Positions 9,668-18,099 of a stretch of DNA of 64,000 bases are shown here, in pieces. Both the position numbers and the translations under genes were made by a program. Under the pieces are notes generated by a model that was given only the letters and a program-made list of their open reading frames with translations, ran no database searches and was not told the origin of the DNA. Numbering within the stretch: the stretch's first letter is position 1; every line of letters begins with the position of its first letter. Source of the DNA: Nocardioides sp. (lineage in GTDB: Bacteria > Actinomycetota > Actinomycetes > Propionibacteriales > Nocardioidaceae); the NCBI RefSeq assembly GCF_025965415.1, contig NZ_JAOPWY010000192.1, positions 2,979 through 66,978 of the forward strand, given 5' to 3'.

Positions 9668-9931
9668 TCACGCCAGGGAGAGGAACAGCTTCTCCATCTT
9701 CTTCACGTCCACGCTGTCGACGCCGTCGCCGGCGACGAGGCACTGCTGCAGCCCGCTCGCGACGATCGCGAAGCCCGCCCGGTCCAGCGCCTTGGACACC
9801 GCGGCGAGCTGGGTGACGACGGCCTCGCAGTCGCGGCCCTCCTCGAGGAGCCGCAGCACGCCGGCGAGCTGGCCCTGTGCGCGCTTGATGCGGTTGACGA
9901 CGGGCGTCATCTGGGTCGGGTCGAGCTCCAT
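9668..9931 (-). CDS. CsoR/RcnR-family repressor (variant lacking the His ligand)
   Basis: NRIKRAQGQLAGV..GRDCEAVVTQLAAVSKALDRAG..SGLQQC. Confidence 0.9.
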   Translation of the reverse strand: MELDPTQMTPVVNRIKRAQGQLAGVLRLLEEGRDCEAVVTQLAAVSKALDRAGFAIVASGLQQCLVAGDGVDSVDVKKMEKLFLSLA

Positions 9932-10338
9932 CAGGTCTCCTCGGACGGATCGGACAGGGCAGCCAGCGCCGCGGTCAGGCGTTGCTTGGCGTCCGCGGCG
10001 ACCGAGTCGAGGGCGCCGTCGTCGGCCAACCCCATCATGGCGTCGGGGTCGAAGGCCTCCACGATCGTGGTCGTGGCGTCCAGGGACCGCACGACGACGT
10101 TGCAGGGCAGCACGGCGGCGATCGAGGGATCGACCTGGATCGCCTCGTAGGCGAGCGGGGGCCGGCAGGCGCCCAGGATCACCTGGGGCGGCAGGTCGAC
10201 GCCGAGCTTGGCCTTCATGGTGGCGGCGAGGTCGATCTCGGTGAGGATGCCGAACCCCTGCCTTGCCAGCGCGTCGCGCGTGGCCGCCACTGCGTCGTCG
10301 TACGGCATCCGGACGGTCCTGCTCAGCGTGTAGCCCAT
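9931..10338 (-). CDS. DUF302 domain protein
   Basis: GFGILTEIDL, ILGACRPPLA, VLPCNVVVR. Its stop overlaps the repressor start. Confidence 0.88.
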   Translation of the reverse strand: MGYTLSRTVRMPYDDAVAATRDALARQGFGILTEIDLAATMKAKLGVDLPPQVILGACRPPLAYEAIQVDPSIAAVLPCNVVVRSLDATTTIVEAFDPDAMMGLADDGALDSVAADAKQRLTAALAALSDPSEET

Positions 10339-10362
10339 GGGGTGCTCACTCTCCTCGGTGGA

Positions 10363-10378
10363 ATACCCCCTAGGGTAT
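10363..10378. promoter_or_regulatory. CsoR-family operator
   Basis: ATACCC-CCTA-GGGTAT inverted repeat with C/G tracts in the divergent promoter. Confidence 0.8.
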
Positions 10379-10405
10379 CTTCACCACCCTAGAACGGAGC
10401 ACCCC

Positions 10406-10588
10406 ATGTGCCGAGCAGTCCGATGCAGGACCTGCCACAAGACCACTTGGGCCGGCTGCGGCCGGCACGTCGGCCAGGTCAGGGCCGGCGTGGCCGCGCA
10501 GGACTGGTGCAACGGCCAGCACTCGCCGGCGGAGAAGGCCGCGGCGGGCCCCGGCGGAGGATTCCTGTCGAGGCTGTTCGGCCGCTGA
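10406..10588 (+). CDS. Small Cys/His-rich protein (60 aa)
   Basis: RBS GGAG; MCRAVRCRTCHKTTWAGCGRHV...WCNGQH...GGGFLSRLFGR. Confidence 0.8.
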   Translation: MCRAVRCRTCHKTTWAGCGRHVGQVRAGVAAQDWCNGQHSPAEKAAAGPGGGFLSRLFGR

Positions 10589-10600
10589 CGCGGCTCCTGC

Positions 10601-10972
10601 TCAGCCGGCCCGCTCGCCGATGAGGGAGACGAACTCGTCGGCCATGCGCAGCTGGCGCACCAGAGCCTGACGCCGCTCGAGCGCCTCGTCGCGGATGCCC
10701 GCCAGACGATCGCGCGCGGCGGCGCCTTGCGCGGCGGTGACGTCCGGGGCGTCGAGCGACTCGAGGTCGCGCATGACGTCCTTCATCTGCTCCAGGCTGA
10801 ATCCGAGGGGCTTCATGCGCCGGATCACGAGGATCTTCTGCACGTCGGCCTCGGTGTAGAGCCGGAACCCGCCGTCGGTGCGGCCGGAGGGGACGAGGAG
10901 GCCCACCTCCTCCCAGTGCCGCAGGCTGCGCAGCGAGAGCTCCGTGCGCGCGGCGACCTCGCCGATGTGCAT
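10601..10972 (-). CDS. MerR family regulator
   Basis: MHIGEVAARTELSLRSLRHWEEVGLLVPSGRTDGGFRLY. Confidence 0.9.
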   Translation of the reverse strand: MHIGEVAARTELSLRSLRHWEEVGLLVPSGRTDGGFRLYTEADVQKILVIRRMKPLGFSLEQMKDVMRDLESLDAPDVTAAQGAAARDRLAGIRDEALERRQALVRQLRMADEFVSLIGERAG

Positions 10973-11029
10973 GACCGCTTCCGAGCCGTCGCTGCCGATC
11001 ACGTTCGTTCCCCTCACCGTCCGGGAAGA

Positions 11030-11059
11030 CAACACTACCCTTACGTGAGGTTAGGGTTG
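11030..11059. promoter_or_regulatory. Probable MerR operator overlapping the sulP promoter
   Basis: Imperfect 30-bp palindrome CAACACTACCCTTACGTGAGGTTAGGGTTG centred on ACGT. Confidence 0.7.
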
Positions 11060-11065
11060 CTGGTC

Positions 11066-12562
11066 GTGACGTCACCCCAGGTCCTCGAGCCCACCGTCCG
11101 CAACGCCCTGCGCTCCCCGCGGATGTTGCGCACCGAGGTCCTTGCGGGCCTCGTGGTCGCCCTCGCGTTGATCCCCGAGGCGATCTCGTTCTCCATCATC
11201 GCCGGGGTCGACCCGCGCGTCGGCCTGTTCGCCTCCTTCACGATGGCGGTCTCCGTCGCGTTCCTCGGCGGCCGGCCGGCGATGATCTCGGCGGCGACCG
11301 GGGCCATCGCCCTGGTCATCGCACCGGTCGTGCGCGAGCACGGCCTCGACCACCTCGTCGCCACCGTGCTCCTCGGCGGCATGCTGCAGGTCGTCCTCGG
11401 GCTCGCGGGGGTGGCCCGGCTGATGAGGTTCGTCCCACGCTCGGTGATGGTGGGCTTCGTCAACGCCCTGGCCATCCTGATCTTCCTGGCCCAGGTCCCG
11501 CACATGATCGACGTGCCGTGGCTGGTCTACCCGATGATCGCGATCGGCATCGCCGTGATCGTCGGGCTGCCGCGGGTCACCGACGTGGTGCCCGCTCCCC
11601 TCGTCGCGATCGTCGCCCTCACCGCCTTCACGCTGCTGGCCGCGATCAACGTCCCGACTGTCGGCGACGAGGGCGAGCTCCCCGAGAGCCTTCCCTCGCT
11701 CTTCTTCCCCGACGTGCCCATGACGCTCGAGACGCTGCGGATCATTGCGCCGTACGCCCTGGCGATGGCGCTCGTGGGGCTCCTCGAGTCCCTGCTGACC
11801 GCCAAGCTCGTGGACGACATCACCGACACGCGCAGCGACAAGACCCGCGAGGCGTGCGGACAGGGCGTGGCCAACATCGTCACGGGCTTCTTCGGCGGCA
11901 TGGGGGGCTGCGCGATGATCGGCCAGACCATGATCAACGTGAAGGCCTCGGGGGCCCGCACCCGGATCTCCACCTTCCTCGCGGGCGTCTTCCTGCTCAT
12001 CCTCGTCGTCGGCCTCGGCGACGTGGTGGCCCTCATCCCGATGGCTGCCCTCGTGGCCGTCATGGTCATGGTCTCGGTCGGCACCTTCGACTGGCACTCG
12101 ATAAAGCCCCGCACCCTGCGCAGGATGCCCCGGTCGGAGACGGTGGTGATGGCCTCCACCGTCGTCGTCACCGTTCTCAGCCACAACCTCGCGATCGGGG
12201 TGGTCGTCGGCGTGCTCGTCGCGATGACGCTGTTCGCCCGTCGCGTCGCGCACCTGACCGAGACCCGTCGAGAGCTCGTCGAGGACCGCGGCGGCAGGCC
12301 GACCGCCGTCTACCACGTCACCGGTGAGCTCTTCTTCGCCTCCAGCAACGACCTCTACACGCAGTTCGACTACGCGACCGACCCCCGTGACGTGGTCATC
12401 GACCTCACCCGGTCACACATCTGGGACGCCTCCACCGTCGCGTCCCTCGATGCGATCACCACCAAGTACGCCCGCGCGGGCAAGACGGTCGAGATCATCG
12501 GTCTCGATGCCTCCAGCGCCGAGCGTCACCAGCGTCTCTCGGGGTCGCTCCCGTCCCACTGA
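11066..12562 (+). CDS. SulP family anion transporter with STAS domain
   Basis: AGLVVALALIPEAISF, GGRPAMISAATGA, GGMGGCAMIGQT, GELFFASS, HIWDAS. Confidence 0.93.
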   Translation: MTSPQVLEPTVRNALRSPRMLRTEVLAGLVVALALIPEAISFSIIAGVDPRVGLFASFTMAVSVAFLGGRPAMISAATGAIALVIAPVVREHGLDHLVATVLLGGMLQVVLGLAGVARLMRFVPRSVMVGFVNALAILIFLAQVPHMIDVPWLVYPMIAIGIAVIVGLPRVTDVVPAPLVAIVALTAFTLLAAINVPTVGDEGELPESLPSLFFPDVPMTLETLRIIAPYALAMALVGLLESLLTAKLVDDITDTRSDKTREACGQGVANIVTGFFGGMGGCAMIGQTMINVKASGARTRISTFLAGVFLLILVVGLGDVVALIPMAALVAVMVMVSVGTFDWHSIKPRTLRRMPRSETVVMASTVVVTVLSHNLAIGVVVGVLVAMTLFARRVAHLTETRRELVEDRGGRPTAVYHVTGELFFASSNDLYTQFDYATDPRDVVIDLTRSHIWDASTVASLDAITTKYARAGKTVEIIGLDASSAERHQRLSGSLPSH

Positions 12563-12569
12563 CCCGGGC

Positions 12570-13499
12570 TCAGGCGTGGTACGCCGACCGGTGGGCACGC
12601 GGACTGGCGAGGAGCACCGGGCAGGTCGCCTCGCGGAGCACCGCCCGGGCCACCGGCCCGATGTGCGAGCCGACGGGGACGAGCGGGTCGTGCCGCCCGA
12701 TCACGAGCAGCTGGGCGCCAGCGCAGGCCTCGAGGATCGCCTCGACGGCGCGTCCGGGGTGCACGACCACGTCCGCCTCGATCGCCACCGACTCGTCGCC
12801 CAGTGCGTCGAGCGCGGCCCGCACCTCGGCGCGCGACCGGTCGGCCCAGCGGTGGTGCTCGCCCGGGTCGATGACCATGCCCTCGTGCACGGGCAGCGCC
12901 CAGGAGTGCACGACGCGGAGCGCGGCGCCGCGCGCGCGGGCCTCGGCCGCTGCGGCCGAGAGCACCTCCGACGCACGCTCGGGGACGTCGACACCGGCCA
13001 CGACGACCGCAGGACCTTCGGGGGTGGTCCAGCCGCTGGGCACGGCGACGACGGGGACGCGCAGGTGTGCGGCGACCCCACCGGCGACGGTCCGGTTGAC
13101 GATCCTCGCCACGCGGGAGAGGTGGCGGTGCTCGAGCACGACCATCCGCGCCGTACGACCCGCCTCGACCAGCGCCGGCACCGGCGCCCCGTGCTGGAGC
13201 TCGTGGGTGACCGGCACGGCACCGTCGACCAGGTCCTCGGCCCGCTTGACGGCCGAGGCGAGGATCTCGCCTCCCCAGGCGTCGGCGTCGACCGAGGTCA
13301 CCAGGATGTTCTCGGGGCCGGCGGGCACCACGTGGACGGCGTGGACGAGGTGCAGTCCGCACCCGGCCCGGGTCGCCTCCGCCGCGGCGAACTCCAGCGC
13401 CGCGTCGACCTCCTCCGGGCCGACGCCGACGACGATCGGTCGCCCGTGCGGCTCGGTGGCTGACGGGGTGGGGGTCGGGACTACTGACACGTCGGTCAT
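12570..13499 (-). CDS. Universal stress protein (tandem USP domains)
   Basis: PIVVGVG..AALEFAAAEA, VVVAGVD, HIGPVARAVLREATCPVLL. Confidence 0.9.
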   Translation of the reverse strand: MTDVSVVPTPTPSATEPHGRPIVVGVGPEEVDAALEFAAAEATRAGCGLHLVHAVHVVPAGPENILVTSVDADAWGGEILASAVKRAEDLVDGAVPVTHELQHGAPVPALVEAGRTARMVVLEHRHLSRVARIVNRTVAGGVAAHLRVPVVAVPSGWTTPEGPAVVVAGVDVPERASEVLSAAAAEARARGAALRVVHSWALPVHEGMVIDPGEHHRWADRSRAEVRAALDALGDESVAIEADVVVHPGRAVEAILEACAGAQLLVIGRHDPLVPVGSHIGPVARAVLREATCPVLLASPRAHRSAYHA

Positions 13500-13558
13500 G
13501 ACGTTCTCCTCTGCTGGTCGGGCACCTCCACTGTCCGCCGCCGGGCCCCTCGCACGAA

Positions 13559-13594
13559 GGGTCCTTGGGCCTGACAGGTGACGGCAAAGGGCCC
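13559..13594. promoter_or_regulatory. Two DosR/DevR-like boxes upstream of usp
   Basis: GGGTCCTTGGGCCT (13559-72) and GGGCCCTTTGCCGT (minus strand, 13581-94) resemble GGGnC-N4-GnCCC. Confidence 0.45.
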
Positions 13595-13668
13595 TGCTGC
13601 TAGACCCCGCCGGGCCGAGGTCTGCACCGTCGCGGGGCGGCGTGCACGCGAGGGTCTACGTTGGGCCG

Positions 13669-15243
13669 GTGAATTCCGGCAACGCCAACAACAGCTATGA
13701 CGTCGTGGTGGTCGGCGGCGGCCACAACGCCCTGGTCAGCGCCGCCTACCTCGCCCGCGCCGGCCTGTCGGTCGTGGTGCTCGAGCGCCTGGACCACACC
13801 GGCGGCGCCGCCGTCTCCGTCGAGCCGTTCGCCGGGCAGCCGGCCCGGCTCTCGCGCTACTCCTACCTCGTGAGCCTGATGCCGGAGCAGCTGATGGCCG
13901 ACCTGGGCCTCGACGTCCGCCTGGTCTCGCGCACCACGGCGTCGTACACCCCCTGGACGCGCGGCGAGCGCTCCGGCGGTCTGCTCGTCGAGCGACCCGA
14001 GGGCGAGACGACGCGGGCGTCGTTCCGCGACCTGACCGGGGGCGACGAGGAGTACGCCGCCTGGCAGGCGTTCTACGCCGAGGTCGGCCGGCTCGCCGAG
14101 GTCGTCGCGCCGACGCTCATGCAGCCGCTCCCCCTCGAGCGCGAGGTGCGGGCACTGGTCGACGAGCGGATCTGGACCGACGTCGTGGCCGAGCCGCTCG
14201 GGCGCACGATCCTGTCGCGCTTCACCGACGACACGGTCCGCGGCGTGGTCGCCACCGACGCGCTGATCGGGACCTTCGCGTCGATGGAAGACCCCTCGCT
14301 GATCCAGAACCGCTGCTTCCTCTACCACGTCATCGGCAACGGCACCGGCGAGTGGCGGGTGCCCGTCGGCGGGATGGGAGCGGTCACCGACGCACTCGCG
14401 AAGGCCGCCGTGGAGGCGGGTGCCGAGATCGTCACCGGGGCCGGCGTCAGCGCCATCTCGCCCGGTCCCGACGGCGCCGAGGTGATCTGGCACGACGGCG
14501 TCCGCGAGCACTCGGTGACGGGTCGCCGCGTGCTGTCGGGCGTCGCCCCGTGGGTGCTGCGGATCCTGCTCGGGGAGGGTGAGGACAGCGAGCACAAGCC
14601 CGCCGGCTCCCAGCTCAAGATCAACTTCCTGCTCGACCGGCTGCCCGCGCTGAAGTCCGGCGTCGACCCCGAGGTCGCCTTCGCCGGCACCCTCCACCTC
14701 GCCGAGGACTACACCCAGCTGGAGGCGGCGTACGCCGCTGCCGTCGGCGGCGCGGTGCCCGACCCGATGCCGGGCGAGGTCTACTGCCACAGCCTCAGCG
14801 ACCCCTCGATCCTCGGCGACCGCGCGGGGTCGGCGCACACGCTGACCTACTTCGGTCTGCACACGCCCGCCGGGCTCTTCGACGCCGACCCCGGCGCGCG
14901 CGAGACCGCCACCCGGCGCGCGCTGGCCTCGCTCAACGCCGTCCTCGCCGAGCCGATCGAGGACTGCCTCGCCACGGACGCCGAGGGCCGTCCCTGCCTC
15001 GAGGCGAAGATCCCGCAGGACATCGAAAAGGACCTCGCGATGCCCGGTGGCCACATCTTCCACGGCGACCTCGAGTGGCCCTGGTCCCCCAACCGGGCCC
15101 GCCTCGACACGCCCGCCCAGCAGTGGGGCGTGCAGACCGAGCACGACACCGTGCTGCTGTGCGGGTCGGGCGCGCGGCGCGGCGGCGCGGTCTCCGGGCT
15201 GGGTGGGCACAACGCCGCCCAGGCGGTGCTGGCCGACCTCTGA
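13669..15243 (+). CDS. Phytoene dehydrogenase-like FAD oxidoreductase
   Basis: VVVGGGHNALVSAAYLARAG, VPVGGMGAV, GGHIFHG, GGAVSGLGGHNAA. Confidence 0.85.
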   Translation: MNSGNANNSYDVVVVGGGHNALVSAAYLARAGLSVVVLERLDHTGGAAVSVEPFAGQPARLSRYSYLVSLMPEQLMADLGLDVRLVSRTTASYTPWTRGERSGGLLVERPEGETTRASFRDLTGGDEEYAAWQAFYAEVGRLAEVVAPTLMQPLPLEREVRALVDERIWTDVVAEPLGRTILSRFTDDTVRGVVATDALIGTFASMEDPSLIQNRCFLYHVIGNGTGEWRVPVGGMGAVTDALAKAAVEAGAEIVTGAGVSAISPGPDGAEVIWHDGVREHSVTGRRVLSGVAPWVLRILLGEGEDSEHKPAGSQLKINFLLDRLPALKSGVDPEVAFAGTLHLAEDYTQLEAAYAAAVGGAVPDPMPGEVYCHSLSDPSILGDRAGSAHTLTYFGLHTPAGLFDADPGARETATRRALASLNAVLAEPIEDCLATDAEGRPCLEAKIPQDIEKDLAMPGGHIFHGDLEWPWSPNRARLDTPAQQWGVQTEHDTVLLCGSGARRGGAVSGLGGHNAAQAVLADL

Positions 15244-15309
15244 GCGGAGCCGGACCTCGATTTCGTGCGCCGGACACGACGGGGTAATGTTCTACTCGCT
15301 TCACCGCAC

Positions 15310-15382
<73 letters not shown>

Positions 15383-15397
15383 CAGAGGCACCGCAGT

Positions 15398-15435
15398 CCA
15401 GAGGCCCTCTCCCTTCCCCGGGAGAGGGCCTCTGG
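15398..15435 (+). terminator. Hairpin after tRNA-Lys
   Basis: CCAGAGGCCCTCTCCC-N6-GGGAGAGGGCCTCTGG. Confidence 0.75.
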
Positions 15436-15511
15436 CGTGTGCGGGGTCGACCGTCGTCCCGGGCGCGATCCGAGGGCGCACTCCCTTGCCAGGTCGATCT
15501 CCTGTCCGTCC

Positions 15512-15597
15512 CGCATCCGGCGCCCCACGAGGAGCGAGCCGTCGACGTTGCCCGCGACATCCTCGCCGGTAAACTCGTACTGGAGTCGGACGCATGA
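15512..15597 (+). pseudogene. Remnant of an ANTAR-domain C-terminus
   Basis: RIR, a frameshift, then HEERAVDVARDILAGKLVLESDA*. It resembles the end of GAF-ANTAR proteins and has no start or N-terminus. Confidence 0.5.
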
Positions 15598-15678
15598 TGA
15601 CGAGCGGGACCTGGTCCCCTTTCCTCGGCGGTCCAGGTGGTTCGGGCCAGGCTCCCGAGGGAGGGGAACGACCGCACG

Positions 15679-16416
15679 ATGACGAGCATCGCGGCGGACC
15701 AGCTGGCACGGGTCCTCGTCGAGGTCGCCGACACCCTCATCGACGAGTTCGACCTGATCGACTTCCTGCAGCGGGTGACGACCCACGCATCGGACCTGGT
15801 CGGCGCCGGGATCTGCGGGCTGATGCTCGCCGACCACCGCCGCCGGCTCCAGCTGATGGCGTCCTCGGACGAGCGGGTCGAGATGCTCGAGCTGTTCCAG
15901 GTGCAGACACAGGAGGGTCCGTGCCAGGACTGCTTCCACACCGGGAGACCCGTCGCCGTCGCGAACCTCCGCGACGCCGAGGACCGGTGGCCGCACTTCG
16001 CGCCGCTGGCGCTCGAAGCCGGCTTCAACGCGATCCACGCCTTCCCCATGCGGCTGCGGGGACAGGCGATCGGCGCCCTCAACATGTTCGCGGTCGACGC
16101 CGGCCCCATGCAGGAGTCCGATGTCCGGGTCGTGCAGGCCCTGGCGGACATCGCGACCATCGCGCTGCTGCAGGAGCGGGCGGTCACGCGTGCCGAGGTG
16201 CTCAGTGAGCAGCTCCAGTCCGCGCTCAACAGCCGCATCGTGATCGAGCAGGCCAAGGGATACCTCGCCCAGGTGCACGGCGAGAGCCCGGACGAGGCCT
16301 TCGCACGGATGCGCACCTACTGCCGGCGTCACGGGCTCCGGCTGGGCCAGGTGGCGTCGGGTGTCACCACCGAGCCGGACACCCTGCCCGAGCTGACCCG
16401 GCCACCTGCCGGCTGA
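15679..16416 (+). CDS. GAF and ANTAR domain protein
   Basis: LVEVADTLIDEFD, EGPCQDC, PMRLRGQAIGALN, ALNSRIVIEQAKG. Confidence 0.9.
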   Translation: MTSIAADQLARVLVEVADTLIDEFDLIDFLQRVTTHASDLVGAGICGLMLADHRRRLQLMASSDERVEMLELFQVQTQEGPCQDCFHTGRPVAVANLRDAEDRWPHFAPLALEAGFNAIHAFPMRLRGQAIGALNMFAVDAGPMQESDVRVVQALADIATIALLQERAVTRAEVLSEQLQSALNSRIVIEQAKGYLAQVHGESPDEAFARMRTYCRRHGLRLGQVASGVTTEPDTLPELTRPPAG

Positions 16417-16533
16417 CCGCGACGGACCGGGTCCGCGCGGCCCTTCAGTTCTCGGGGGATGTCTGTTTCACTGGAGAGACAGCCCCAGACCCGGCAGCGC
16501 AGAAGGTCGACCGCGCGGTCAGGGGTGGGAGCA

Positions 16534-17217
16534 ATGGACGTCCACACGACAGCCGTCCTGCCACGACCCCGGTTCGACCGGGACGTGAGCGACACGCAGC
16601 GCTCCCTGAGGGTCGACGCCACGCTGCTGGTCTGCCTGCTGCGCGACTTCGACGACGCCAGCATCACCGTGGTCGACGACGCGGGGGCCGTCGCGAGCTG
16701 GGCACGGGTCGGCGACCTGGCCTCCCCGTTGGACCACCTGCAGCACGACGCGGGCGAGGGTCCGTGCCTCGACGCCCTGCGGGACGGTCGGCTCGTGCTG
16801 GCTCCGCGCATCCGGCACGACGGCCGCTGGCCGGCGTACGTCGCGGCGGGGGTGGGGATCGGGCTCCGGTCGCAGCTGGCGATGCCCGTGCGCTGGCGCG
16901 ACGACATGCTGCTGGGTGCGCTGAACCTGTACTCGACCACCCATGACGACATCGACGCCTCCGCTCCGGTCGTGGCGGGTGTGGTCGCTGGCCAGGTCGG
17001 GCGCTCCCTGGCCAGCTTCCGCGAGATCGAGGCGCTGGACCGCGCGCTGGCCGAACGCACCGTCATCGGACAGGCATGCGGGTTGGTCATGGGGAGGCTC
17101 GACCTCGACCCCGACCACGCCTTCGAGCACCTACGCCGTCGCGCCGCCGCGCAGGGCCGCGCGCTCGTCCTGGTCGCCCAGGAGATGGTGCTGACGTCTG
17201 ACCCGCGCCCCGGGTAA
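16534..17217 (+). CDS. GAF and ANTAR domain protein
   Basis: GEGPCLDA, GALNLYS, ERTVIGQACGLVM..AFEHLRR. Confidence 0.85.
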   Translation: MDVHTTAVLPRPRFDRDVSDTQRSLRVDATLLVCLLRDFDDASITVVDDAGAVASWARVGDLASPLDHLQHDAGEGPCLDALRDGRLVLAPRIRHDGRWPAYVAAGVGIGLRSQLAMPVRWRDDMLLGALNLYSTTHDDIDASAPVVAGVVAGQVGRSLASFREIEALDRALAERTVIGQACGLVMGRLDLDPDHAFEHLRRRAAAQGRALVLVAQEMVLTSDPRPG

Positions 17218-17294
17218 GCCCCCCGTCCCCCGGGTGCGCACAAGCCGAGAGCCGGTCCTCATGGACCGGCCCTCGGTGTTCGTGCGTGCGGGAA

Positions 17295-17441
17295 CTACTT
17301 CGTGAAGAGGCTGACTCCACCCGGGCCGACCAGGAGGCCGACGATGATGAGGACGATGCCCCAGAGCATCTGGCCCCGGACCAGCGAGACGATGCCGGAC
17401 ACCACGAGGATGACGGCAAGGATCCACAGCAACAGCGCCAT
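17295..17441 (-). CDS. GPGG-motif small membrane protein (48 aa)
   Basis: MALLLWILAVILVVSGIV...GLLVGPGGVSLFTK; RBS GGGAG. Confidence 0.8.
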   Translation of the reverse strand: MALLLWILAVILVVSGIVSLVRGQMLWGIVLIIVGLLVGPGGVSLFTK

Positions 17442-17526
17442 GACGTGCTCCCTTCGATTGGAGCCCTCAACGTAGCCATCGCGAGGTGCGGCGGGAAATC
17501 GCCCACACCCTTTCGGAGGGCGGGTC

Positions 17527-18099
17527 TCACCCCTCCCGGCGGCCCTCCTCGCGCAGGAGCGGAGGCGTGAAGCTGTCCGGCCGGAAGCCGGTCTTGTCGG
17601 CGTAGAAGTCGCGGACGGCGTCCATGTCGGCGCGCACGTCACCGGTCGGGTGGAAGGTCGGACCCCAGCCGACGGTGCGCGAGGGCACGTCGAGAAAGGC
17701 CAGGGTGATCGGCAGTCCGGTCTGCTGAGCGATCCGGTAGAAGCCGGACTTCCAGTACTCCCCGCGCGAGCGGGTGCCCTCCGCCGCGATGCCGATCAGC
17801 CAGGGGTCGTCGCCCTCGGACTCGGCGAGCAGCTCCTTGATGGTGGTCGCCGGGTTCGTCCGGTCCAGCTTCACCGCGCCGGTCCGGCGCAGCAGCCAGC
17901 CCAGGGGTCCGACGAAGAGCTCCTGCTTGACCAGCAGGCGGATCGTGATGCCGTAGGACCAGGCCAGGAGCATGGTCAGCACCCAGTCCCAGTTGGACGT
18001 GTGGGGAGCGCCCACCAGCACCCCGCGGTCGGGCACCTCGCCGACCGCCTTCCAGCGGACGGCGCGCAGGACGAGGCGGGCGAATCTACGACGAAGCAC
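17527..18099 (-). CDS. 1-acyl-sn-glycerol-3-phosphate acyltransferase family
   Basis: APHTSNWD (HX4D), AEGTRS, WKSGFY. Confidence 0.88.
   Translation of the reverse strand: MLRRRFARLVLRAVRWKAVGEVPDRGVLVGAPHTSNWDWVLTMLLAWSYGITIRLLVKQELFVGPLGWLLRRTGAVKLDRTNPATTIKELLAESEGDDPWLIGIAAEGTRSRGEYWKSGFYRIAQQTGLPITLAFLDVPSRTVGWGPTFHPTGDVRADMDAVRDFYADKTGFRPDSFTPPLLREEGRREG

Noticed and set aside
17218-17294. 6C RNA suggested by C-runs
   Set aside because: The C-runs are not in two stem loops. The hairpin is better explained as a terminator between convergent genes.
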